A stretch of DNA of 29,588 bases from a virus (lineage: Duplodnaviria; Caudoviricetes). Location of the stretch: positions 1-29,588 of the IMG/VR virus record IMGVR_UViG_3300025751_000098, one strand, 5' to 3'. Within the stretch, counting starts at the first letter, position 1. Each line of letters opens with the position of its first letter. The position numbers and the translations under genes are program-made. The notes under the pieces were generated by a model, which searched no databases, had not been told where the DNA came from, and saw only the letters and a program-made list of their open reading frames with translations. This document shows, one piece after another, positions 1 through 6,391 of the stretch.

Positions 1-4
1 AATC

Positions 5-400
5 ATGAAATATAAATTAACTAAAAATAAAAAAACTATTGGAGAACTTACCCTATACCAAATCGAAGCTTTAAAAGACTTTTTAAATGTGAAGAAGGGA
101 GATCTTGGAGGTTGGATAGAGAAGGAGAGTAATTTAAGTCAGCAAGGCGACTGTTGGGTCTCTTGTCGTGCTAGGGTTTATGGTCGTGCTATGGTTTTTG
201 GTAATGCTAGGGTTTCTGGTGATACTTGGGTTTATGGTCGTGCTATGGTTTGTGATAATGCTAGGGTCTCTTGTCGTGCTTGGGTTTATGGTCGTGCTAG
301 GGTTTATGGTGATGCTAGGGTTTCTGGTGATGCTAGGGTTTCTGGTAATGCTAGGGTTTCTGGTGATGCTTGGGTTTATGGTCGTGCTATAATTACTTAA
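5..400 (+). CDS. Phage hexapeptide-repeat (left-handed beta-helix-like) protein
   Basis: N-terminus 'LYQIEALKDF..VKKGDLGGWIEKESNLSQ.GDCWV' is typical of a common phage family. It is followed by 13 x (R/W/M)V(Y/S/F/C)(G/C/D)(R/N/D)(A/T) hexapeptides. Confidence 0.85.
   Translation: MKYKLTKNKKTIGELTLYQIEALKDFLNVKKGDLGGWIEKESNLSQQGDCWVSCRARVYGRAMVFGNARVSGDTWVYGRAMVCDNARVSCRAWVYGRARVYGDARVSGDARVSGNARVSGDAWVYGRAIIT
155..388 (+). repeat. 13 x 18-nt in-frame tandem repeat, consensus WKG GTY TNT KRT VRT RCT
   Basis: Read directly, e.g. AGGGTTTCTGGTGATGCT and TGGGTTTATGGTCGTGCT units. Confidence 0.95.
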
Positions 401-411
401 ATTAAAAAGTA

Positions 412-801
412 ATGAAAATAACAACACAACAACAATTAGACGATTTAATCGCAACAGCTAATAAATCAAATACAATAGTTTTAGATGAGGATCTAGAAAT
501 AACTTTTGATTGCAAAATCCCTTGCAACATCAAAGCTCACGGCAACATCAAAGCTCACGGCAACATCACCGCTTTCGACATCGACGCTCACGGCAACATC
601 ACCGCTTGGAACATCACCGCTTGCATCATCACCGCTTGGAACATCACCGCTTGGAACATCACCGCTAAAAATATAGAATATTATGCTTTTTGTATAGCTT
701 ATAAATCTTTGAAATGCGAATCTATCGCAGGAGCAAGAAAAAACTCTTTCCATAAATGCTTAGATCAAGAAATTGAAATTACAAAAGAAATTAAACTATG
801 A
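412..801 (+). CDS. Phage penta/hexapeptide-repeat beta-solenoid protein (NITAW/NIKAHG repeats)
   Basis: 129-aa ORF with central NI(T/K)A(W/C/F/HG) repeats flanked by unique Cys-containing segments; abuts the next gene via an ATGA overlap. Confidence 0.75.
   Translation: MKITTQQQLDDLIATANKSNTIVLDEDLEITFDCKIPCNIKAHGNIKAHGNITAFDIDAHGNITAWNITACIITAWNITAWNITAKNIEYYAFCIAYKSLKCESIAGARKNSFHKCLDQEIEITKEIKL
526..666 (+). repeat. Mixed 15/18-nt in-frame tandem repeat (AAC ATC ACC GCT TGG / AAC ATC AAA GCT CAC GGC), 9 units
   Basis: Read directly; 47 codons, 33 ending in C. Confidence 0.95.
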
Positions 802-1025
802 AAATAACAATATCAAAAGAAATTAAAACCGAAGAATCGGCAAAAGAAATATCAAGATTAACTGCACCTTTATATTTAGAGAAAATGGACTACTTTTTAA
901 CCCAATGCCCAAAATACGAAAAAGAATCTATCTTATGCGTATGGAAGATTGAAAGCCCGACAAAACAACAGGCAGAAGATATAAAGGAGCTATTTATTGA
1001 TAGCCTTATATTAACTCAATTATAA
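798..1025 (+). CDS. Hypothetical protein
   Basis: 75-aa ORF coupled to the previous gene by an ATGA overlap; genome-typical composition. Confidence 0.65.
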   Translation: MKITISKEIKTEESAKEISRLTAPLYLEKMDYFLTQCPKYEKESILCVWKIESPTKQQAEDIKELFIDSLILTQL

Positions 1026-1030
1026 TAATC

Positions 1031-1510
1031 ATGAAAAAAATAAAAGTTGGCGATAAAATTCAGAAGTACATAGTAACGGAAGAATTAAAAGAAAGAAACC
1101 AGAAAGGAACTAAAAGATTTAAATTTCAATGTACCTTATGTAACACAACAATAGAAACTAGTCCTTATACCATAGTCCAGAGGATCAATAACTGTTGCAT
1201 AAAAGGAGACAAAGATAAGGTCGGAGAAACTAAAATAAAATCATTTAAACTACCAGTAAAAATAACAAATAAGAATATTAAAAATCTAGCCTTATATTTA
1301 CAAGATAAACTACCTAAACTAAAAATAAGAGCCTGCAATATAAAATTAGCAGATGCGGATTTACCACCGAGATTAGTAGATCTTAATGGATATTCTAAGG
1401 TTGGACGAACAGAAGTTAAGGACCATTTTCTAAAAGTAAACGATAGAACAATAGAAGGCGGGGATATTGTTTTTATTGAAAAAGGAAAATTAAAATCAAG
1501 AAAAGATTAA
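1031..1510 (+). CDS. Hypothetical basic protein with putative N-terminal Zn-binding domain
   Basis: 'VGDK...YIV......FKFQCTLC...NCC' resembles the Cys-rich N-terminal module seen in phage HNH/AP2-associated proteins; no HNH motif follows. Confidence 0.6.
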   Translation: MKKIKVGDKIQKYIVTEELKERNQKGTKRFKFQCTLCNTTIETSPYTIVQRINNCCIKGDKDKVGETKIKSFKLPVKITNKNIKNLALYLQDKLPKLKIRACNIKLADADLPPRLVDLNGYSKVGRTEVKDHFLKVNDRTIEGGDIVFIEKGKLKSRKD

Positions 1511-1518
1511 AAAAATAC

Positions 1519-1547
1519 TTGACTAATAAAAATTACTATATTATAAT
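1519..1547 (+). promoter_or_regulatory. Sigma70-type promoter TTGACT-N17-TATAAT
   Basis: TTGACT at 1519-1524 and TATAAT at 1542-1547, in the intergenic gap upstream of the recombination genes. Confidence 0.75.
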
Positions 1548-1579
1548 TAATTATGTAATCAGCTTAAATTAAATTAATT

Positions 1580-1768
1580 ATGGCACTAAATAAATATACA
1601 AAAAAAGAGGAAAAGATTATTGAGCTTTTAACTAAAAAAATTGCATTAAGTGAAAAAGCTATTGAAGCAAAACTTACTTCTGAAAATAAAGGCAGTGAAA
1701 TTATAGAAAAGTTATTTGAAAGAATAACCTCGATCATGCACGAATCAGTAAAAAGAACTAAATATTAA
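1580..1768 (+). CDS. Hypothetical protein (helical/coiled-coil)
   Basis: 62-aa ORF directly downstream of the promoter, 4 nt before the next gene. Confidence 0.6.
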   Translation: MALNKYTKKEEKIIELLTKKIALSEKAIEAKLTSENKGSEIIEKLFERITSIMHESVKRTKY

Positions 1769-1772
1769 AATT

Positions 1773-2444
1773 ATGACAGAAAAGAAATTAAAAGGTGACT
1801 CTATATTTGCTAAATTAAGCAGCATAGATATAAAACCCAAGATAAAACAAAAACAAAAACTATCATATATTTCTTGGGCGGATGCTTGGAAAGAGGTTTG
1901 TAAAATATACCCAGATGCAAAATATGAAATAATAAAAAATGACAATAATTTACCTTATTTTAAAAGCGATGAGGGTTATATGGTTTTTACTAAAGTATCT
2001 ATAAGTAACCTAACTCATGAAATGTGGTTGCCAGTTATGGATGGAGCTAATAAGTCAATGAAGAGTGAAAAATATTCTTACGAAGTCAAAGACTGGGAAC
2101 AATCAAAAAAAGCAGGTAAAGATATTATGAAAACTAAATTTGTTGAATCTGCAACAATGTTTGATATTAACAAATCAATAATGAGGTGCTTAGTAAAAAA
2201 TATAGCTGTATTTGGTCTTGGTCTATCTTTGTATAACAAAGATGATATTAAGGATGATTGGGCGACCATCTCTATTGAAGAATATGAGAAATTAAAAAAG
2301 CTATTAGATGAGTCTGGAACGGAAGAACATAAATTTTTAGAGCATTTTAAGGTAGATTCTTTGGAGGAATTTAAGGCTAGTGATTTTGAAAAGGGTTTAG
2401 GTATGTTAAAAATTAAAATAAAAAATAAAAATGCAAGTAATTAA
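1773..2444 (+). CDS. Single-strand annealing protein, Sak3/DUF1071-like
   Basis: Motifs 'LSYISWADAW', 'GYMVFTKV', 'MWLPVMD..NK' and 'MFDINKSIMRCLVKNIAVFGLGLSLY' characteristic of DUF1071; adjacent to an exonuclease. Confidence 0.85.
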   Translation: MTEKKLKGDSIFAKLSSIDIKPKIKQKQKLSYISWADAWKEVCKIYPDAKYEIIKNDNNLPYFKSDEGYMVFTKVSISNLTHEMWLPVMDGANKSMKSEKYSYEVKDWEQSKKAGKDIMKTKFVESATMFDINKSIMRCLVKNIAVFGLGLSLYNKDDIKDDWATISIEEYEKLKKLLDESGTEEHKFLEHFKVDSLEEFKASDFEKGLGMLKIKIKNKNASN

Positions 2445-3036
2445 AGATATTGAGCAAGGTTCTCAAGAATGGTTGCAAATGCGATTAGGTGTTGCGACCG
2501 CAAGTAATTTTGACAAGATTATTACTTCAACAGGGGTAGAAAGTAAGGCATTAAAAGATTATGCTTTTGAATTAGCTAGTGATAGCCTTTTAACAGAGCC
2601 AGAAGTAGGTTTTCAGAGCGAGGCTATGATTAGAGGTAATGAGTTAGAAGAAGAGGCTAGAAGTTATTATTCTTTTGTTACTGATAATAAGGTAGAAGAG
2701 GTAACATTTATTAAAAAAGATAATATTGGTTACTCCCCTGATGGTCTTATTGGTGATAATGGATTGATTGAAATAAAATGCCCATTAAAGAAAAATCATT
2801 TAAAATATTTAATTGATAATAAGCTACCCACAAAATACAAGGCACAAGTGCAAGGGGGTTTATATATATCACAAAGAGAATATTGTGACTTTGTATCTTA
2901 CCACCCTTTATTTAAAGATGAAAAGAAGATGCTTGTTATTAGAGTGGAAAGGGATGAGGAATTTATTAAAAAATTATCTGATCTATTGATTAAAACAATA
3001 GAATTAAAAAACAGCTTACTAACCCAACTACAATAA
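2431..3036 (+). CDS. YqaJ/lambda-exonuclease family recombinase nuclease
   Basis: 'QGSQEWLQMRLG..TAS', 'RGNELEEEAR', 'SPDGL', 'IEIKCP', 'QVQGGL' and 'CDFVSY' motifs. Confidence 0.92.
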   Translation: MQVIKDIEQGSQEWLQMRLGVATASNFDKIITSTGVESKALKDYAFELASDSLLTEPEVGFQSEAMIRGNELEEEARSYYSFVTDNKVEEVTFIKKDNIGYSPDGLIGDNGLIEIKCPLKKNHLKYLIDNKLPTKYKAQVQGGLYISQREYCDFVSYHPLFKDEKKMLVIRVERDEEFIKKLSDLLIKTIELKNSLLTQLQ

Positions 3037-3037
3037 A

Positions 3038-3187
3038 ATGATAAAAAAGCAGGAACTAAAAGATAAATTAGAAACAGCTAATAATTTAGTTGAGAGGTTT
3101 TCTGGACTCTATAAGAATCAAAAAACAATACCAACTAAAATTACTAAGCAATTTTTAAAAAACCTAAAATCAAAAATTAATGAGTAA
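3038..3187 (+). CDS. Small hypothetical protein (49 aa, not in ORF track)
   Basis: ATG at 3038, 1 nt after the exonuclease stop; reads MIKKQELKDKLETANNLVERFSGLYKNQKTIPTKITKQFLKNLKSKINE*; overlaps the XRE start. Confidence 0.55.
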   Translation: MIKKQELKDKLETANNLVERFSGLYKNQKTIPTKITKQFLKNLKSKINE

Positions 3188-3389
3188 ACTAACGGAAAAA
3201 GTAGGAAAAAAGATTAGTTTTTTTAGAAAGAAAAAAAAACTAGATCAAACTAAGTTGGCTGATTCAGTTGGCTTAAAGTGTAAACAAACTATCTCCCACT
3301 ATGAAACAGGGAAACACTCTCCGTCTTTAGATAAGTTAAATGATATTGCGGTGGCTTTAAAAGTTAAATTAAAAGATTTACTGCCTTAA
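3180..3389 (+). CDS. XRE/Cro-family helix-turn-helix regulator
   Basis: 'RKKKKLDQTKLADSVG....TISHYETGKHSPSLDKLNDIAVALKV' is an HTH_3 pattern. Confidence 0.9.
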   Translation: MSKLTEKVGKKISFFRKKKKLDQTKLADSVGLKCKQTISHYETGKHSPSLDKLNDIAVALKVKLKDLLP

Positions 3390-3495
3390 ATTAATGCTAT
3401 TACAGCATATAACCCTATAGCTATAAATATATAAGAGGCTACCATAATTAATTGATTAGTTAATATGGCGGTTATACTAATTAAGTAATTTTAAC

Positions 3496-3930
3496 ATGCA
3501 AGAAAAAGAGCTGATAGAAAATATTAAATTCTATAAATCTGATAGCTTAAATATGGAAATTTCCCAACTAAGTCAATATATTAGATCATTGACAAACAAA
3601 GGAAAAGAATTTTATTTAAAAGTTTATACAGGGCAAAAAACCCACCCGCAATTAAAGGCTTTTTATAGTGCTAGAGATCAATTATTGCCACAATATAACC
3701 AAAGAGAAAGAGAGAGGGGGGAATCAATTTTTTGTAAAGAGCAGTTTAAATATGCACTTAAAATTGTTGGTAAATGGCATGTTGAAAAGAATAATCATTT
3801 TATCCCTAAATCCTTTGATAATATTAGTAAAGATGAAATGATGGAGGTATTGGATAATATTGATAAATGGGCCATGATTAAAGGGTTTTCTCTTAGTATT
3901 AGTAGGGAGCTAATGAATTTAATAAAATAA
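3496..3930 (+). CDS. NinB/Orf-like recombination accessory protein (putative)
   Basis: 'KTHPQLKAFY' near the N-terminus and 'SFDNISKDEMMEVLDNIDKWA..KGF.L' at the C-terminus resemble NinB-like proteins; lies next to rusA. Confidence 0.5.
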   Translation: MQEKELIENIKFYKSDSLNMEISQLSQYIRSLTNKGKEFYLKVYTGQKTHPQLKAFYSARDQLLPQYNQRERERGESIFCKEQFKYALKIVGKWHVEKNNHFIPKSFDNISKDEMMEVLDNIDKWAMIKGFSLSISRELMNLIK

Positions 3931-3932
3931 TT

Positions 3933-4274
3933 ATGGAAATAACATTGCTTGATCTTCCAAAAATATCTACAAACAAGATTTACGCAGGAGTTCATTGGAG
4001 ACAAAGAAAACAGCAGAAAGATCAATATTTGATATTAACAAAATATAAAATGAAGAAGCTGGATAAGATAGAAAAAAAGATTGAGTTAGAATTTATTTTT
4101 TATTTTAAATCTAGGGTGCTTGATTCTTCTAATTGTTCTTATATGGGAAAACTCCTTGAAGATTGCCTTGTTGCTCATGGAGTATTGCAAGATGATACTA
4201 TTAAGTATGTTGGTAAAGTTAGTTATCAAAGCTTAAAAGGAGATCAAAATAAAACTATAATTAAAATTAAATAA
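3933..4274 (+). CDS. rusA: RusA-like Holliday junction resolvase
   Basis: 'LP..STN', 'DSSNC...GKLLEDCLV..GVLQDD' match the RusA DxDN..K...D...DD catalytic pattern. Confidence 0.75.
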   Translation: MEITLLDLPKISTNKIYAGVHWRQRKQQKDQYLILTKYKMKKLDKIEKKIELEFIFYFKSRVLDSSNCSYMGKLLEDCLVAHGVLQDDTIKYVGKVSYQSLKGDQNKTIIKIK

Positions 4275-4278
4275 TAAA

Positions 4279-4869
4279 ATGAAAGTATTAGTAGCTTGTG
4301 AAGAATCTCAAAGGGTAACAATAGAATTTAGAAAGTTAGGAATAGAAGCTTATTCTTGTGATGTACTGAATTGTAGCGGTGGTTATCCCGAGTGGCATAT
4401 AAAAGGTGACGCTATAAAAGAAGCTTATAGTGGTAAATATGATATGATGATTGCACACCCTCCCTGCACTTATTTAAGTAATGCTGGAGCAAGGCATTTA
4501 TACCCTAAAGGTATATTGAACCAAGATAGATATGAAAAAGGGCTTGTGGCTAAAGATTTTTTTATGAAGTTACTAAACGCACCTATTGAAAAAATCTGTA
4601 TTGAAAATCCTGTGCAAAGTAAAATATTTAATATACCTAAATATAACCAAGTGATAGAGCCTTATTATTTTGGTGATCCATTTAAGAAAAAGACATGTTT
4701 GTGGTTGAAAAATTTACCACCATTAGAATCAACAGACATTATAAATAAACCACAAAGCACCAAGATAGCTGGTAATTGGTATAATAAAGGCGGTAAAGAT
4801 AGGCAAAAAAACAGATCAAAGACTTTCAAAGGTATTGCAAAGGCAATCGCTACTCAATGGGGTAAATAA
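4279..4869 (+). CDS. Compact phage DNA cytosine-5 methyltransferase-like protein
   Basis: 'VLVACEES' (motif I variant), 'AHPPCTY' (catalytic PC), 'IENP' (motif VI), 'KKTCLW', and C-terminal 'RSKTFKGIAKAIATQW'. Confidence 0.8.
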   Translation: MKVLVACEESQRVTIEFRKLGIEAYSCDVLNCSGGYPEWHIKGDAIKEAYSGKYDMMIAHPPCTYLSNAGARHLYPKGILNQDRYEKGLVAKDFFMKLLNAPIEKICIENPVQSKIFNIPKYNQVIEPYYFGDPFKKKTCLWLKNLPPLESTDIINKPQSTKIAGNWYNKGGKDRQKNRSKTFKGIAKAIATQWGK

Positions 4870-4950
4870 ATGAAAAAGAGGGCTAGCAAAGAAGAAAGGA
4901 TAGGAAAGACAGTTAGAGAGTTAGAGAGTTATATTTTAAATAATACATAA
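4870..4950 (+). CDS. 26-aa micro-ORF coupled to both MTase genes
   Basis: ATG directly follows the C5-MTase stop; MKKRASKEERIGKTVRELESYILNNT*; its TAA overlaps the next ATG (TAATG). Confidence 0.4.
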   Translation: MKKRASKEERIGKTVRELESYILNNT

Positions 4951-5924
4951 TGAGATATGATTTATTCGGTTACCCGATAATACCAGAGAATATAAAAAAT
5001 CTTAGAGTGCCTTATATGGGGTCTAAAAATAAGATAGCTATTGATCTATTAAGAAAGATGTTAGAAGTAAAGCCACAAGCAAAATATTTCTTTGATCTTT
5101 TTGGTGGTGGTGGCTCAATGTCTTTTACCGCTTCACAAATAGGCTTAAAAACTCATTACAACGAATTACAAACCTCTTTAGTTAAATTTATAGATTATAT
5201 ATTCAATAGGCTTGAAAAAGGCTTAAAAGGGCAATATGGGATATTTCCTGATGATTTCTATAAGTTTATAGATCGTGAAGAGTTTATGAAGTTAAGAGAT
5301 GAGGATAGTATTAAAGGGCAATTTGCTAGAATATGCTATTCTTTTGGTAATAATCAAAGAAGTTATTTATTTGGAGATATAGAAAAAACTAAACATTTAG
5401 CTCATAATATAGTAATGTTTAGGTGCGAAAAGTCTCTGAAAGAATTAAACGGCTTACTAGATACTGATATTAAAACAAGTAATTTATTAACTTGGAATGA
5501 AAGACGATTAGATTTTATGAAGCAGGTTAAAGACAAAAAATATAAAGAACTGGAACAACTGCAACAACTGGAACGACTGGAACAACTGGAACAACTGCAA
5601 CGACTGCAACAACTGGAACAACTGCAACCTATATTTACAACCTCTAACCTATCATATAAAGAAGTTAAGATCAACACTCCTATTGATGAGACTATAATTT
5701 ATTTAGATCCACCATATAGAAATACAGAAAAGTATATTGAGGGCAAAGACTTTGATTATAAAGAATTAGATCAATGGTTTTTAGATAATAAATATACTTG
5801 TTTTATGAGTGAGTATAATGCACCGCATAAAGTATTATTTGAAATAGATAAATTTAGCCTGCTTAATAACTCAAAAGAAAAAAAGAAGGTGGTAAAAGAA
5901 AAGCTATTTTATAATAATAATTGA
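4950..5924 (+). CDS. D12-class (Dam-like) DNA adenine methyltransferase with LEQ-repeat insert
   Basis: 'PYMGSK', 'DLFGGGGSMS' (SAM binding), 'YNEL', 'YLDPPY' (catalytic), 'MSEY'. Confidence 0.9.
   Translation: MRYDLFGYPIIPENIKNLRVPYMGSKNKIAIDLLRKMLEVKPQAKYFFDLFGGGGSMSFTASQIGLKTHYNELQTSLVKFIDYIFNRLEKGLKGQYGIFPDDFYKFIDREEFMKLRDEDSIKGQFARICYSFGNNQRSYLFGDIEKTKHLAHNIVMFRCEKSLKELNGLLDTDIKTSNLLTWNERRLDFMKQVKDKKYKELEQLQQLERLEQLEQLQRLQQLEQLQPIFTTSNLSYKEVKINTPIDETIIYLDPPYRNTEKYIEGKDFDYKELDQWFLDNKYTCFMSEYNAPHKVLFEIDKFSLLNNSKEKKKVVKEKLFYNNN
5550..5630 (+). repeat. 9 x 9-nt in-frame tandem repeat CTG SAA CRA (last unit degenerate, CTGCAACCT)
   Basis: CTGGAACAA / CTGCAACAA / CTGGAACGA / CTGCAACGA units read directly. 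Confidence 0.95.
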
Positions 5925-5948
5925 CAATAGAAATATCTAAATTAGAAT
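5921..5948 (+). promoter_or_regulatory. Putative sigma70-type promoter TTGACA-N16-TAGAAT, oriented antisense to the late operon
   Basis: TTGACA at 5921-5926 (overlaps the MTase TGA) and TAGAAT at 5943-5948; no + strand gene follows. Confidence 0.5.
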
Positions 5949-5958
5949 TATCTACTGT

Positions 5959-5998
5959 TAGTCGGTAGTGGTAACAAGGGTTGCCACTATTCGGATTA
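5959..5998. terminator. Hairpin at the convergence of the two arms (terminator or RNA 5' stem)
   Basis: TAGTGGTAAC-AAGG-GTTGCCACTA core (5966-5989), extendable with G-U pairs on the + strand; no clean U-tract on either side. Confidence 0.55.
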
Positions 5999-6391
5999 CC
6001 TAATGATTTTGATTACAAAGTTATCTGGCAAAACTTCTCTTAGATTCTTAAGAGTATGTCTCGAATTTAAAACAGCTAATTCATCATTTAGAAAGCCCCA
6101 CGAATCCCCAACTAATATGCAACCTCTAGTATGCTCTTCTATATTGCCATTATGAATTAATATCTTTGATCTATTAGGCACATCTTGAAGCTCCCAAACA
6201 TCTGGATATTTTGCACTAGAATACTTTTTTACCTTATAATCTCCTTCTGGAATTGCAGAGATATTTCTTTGATTGTCTAAATAGGGATTTTCCAAAGTGT
6301 GAGCAATGCCAACACCGTCAAAATATAATCTGCCTAAGATAGCTTTATTGCTTAATACTGATCTCCTAAGAATTACTTTCATTCGCACCAA
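5996..6391 (-). CDS. DUF5675-family protein (candidate endolysin/peptidoglycan peptidase)
   Basis: 'GRLY.DG...HTLE.P', 'IPEGDY', 'DVPNRSKILIHNGN...HTRGCILVG' family pattern; last gene of the lysis cassette. Confidence 0.8.
   Translation of the reverse strand: MVRMKVILRRSVLSNKAILGRLYFDGVGIAHTLENPYLDNQRNISAIPEGDYKVKKYSSAKYPDVWELQDVPNRSKILIHNGNIEEHTRGCILVGDSWGFLNDELAVLNSRHTLKNLREVLPDNFVIKIIR

Noticed and set aside
134-454. Alternative-frame ORFs 134..454 (-) and 168..392 (+) with repetitive translations
   Set aside because: By-products of the stop-free 18-nt array in 5..400; they lack unique domains.
155-666. Possible CRISPR array
   Set aside because: Repeats are contiguous, in-frame coding units without unique spacers; no cas genes.
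493-753. Antisense ORF with GDVPS repeats
   Set aside because: Mirror of the 15/18-nt array; the sense gene fits the operon and coupling.
3394-3476. Possible tRNA in the post-XRE gap
   Set aside because: No T-loop (TTCRA), D-loop GG or cloverleaf spacing; retained only as a generic structured element.
5402-5677. Cys/Ser-rich antisense ORF resembling a metallothionein
   Set aside because: Reverse complement of the CTG-SAA-CRA repeat inside the MTase.
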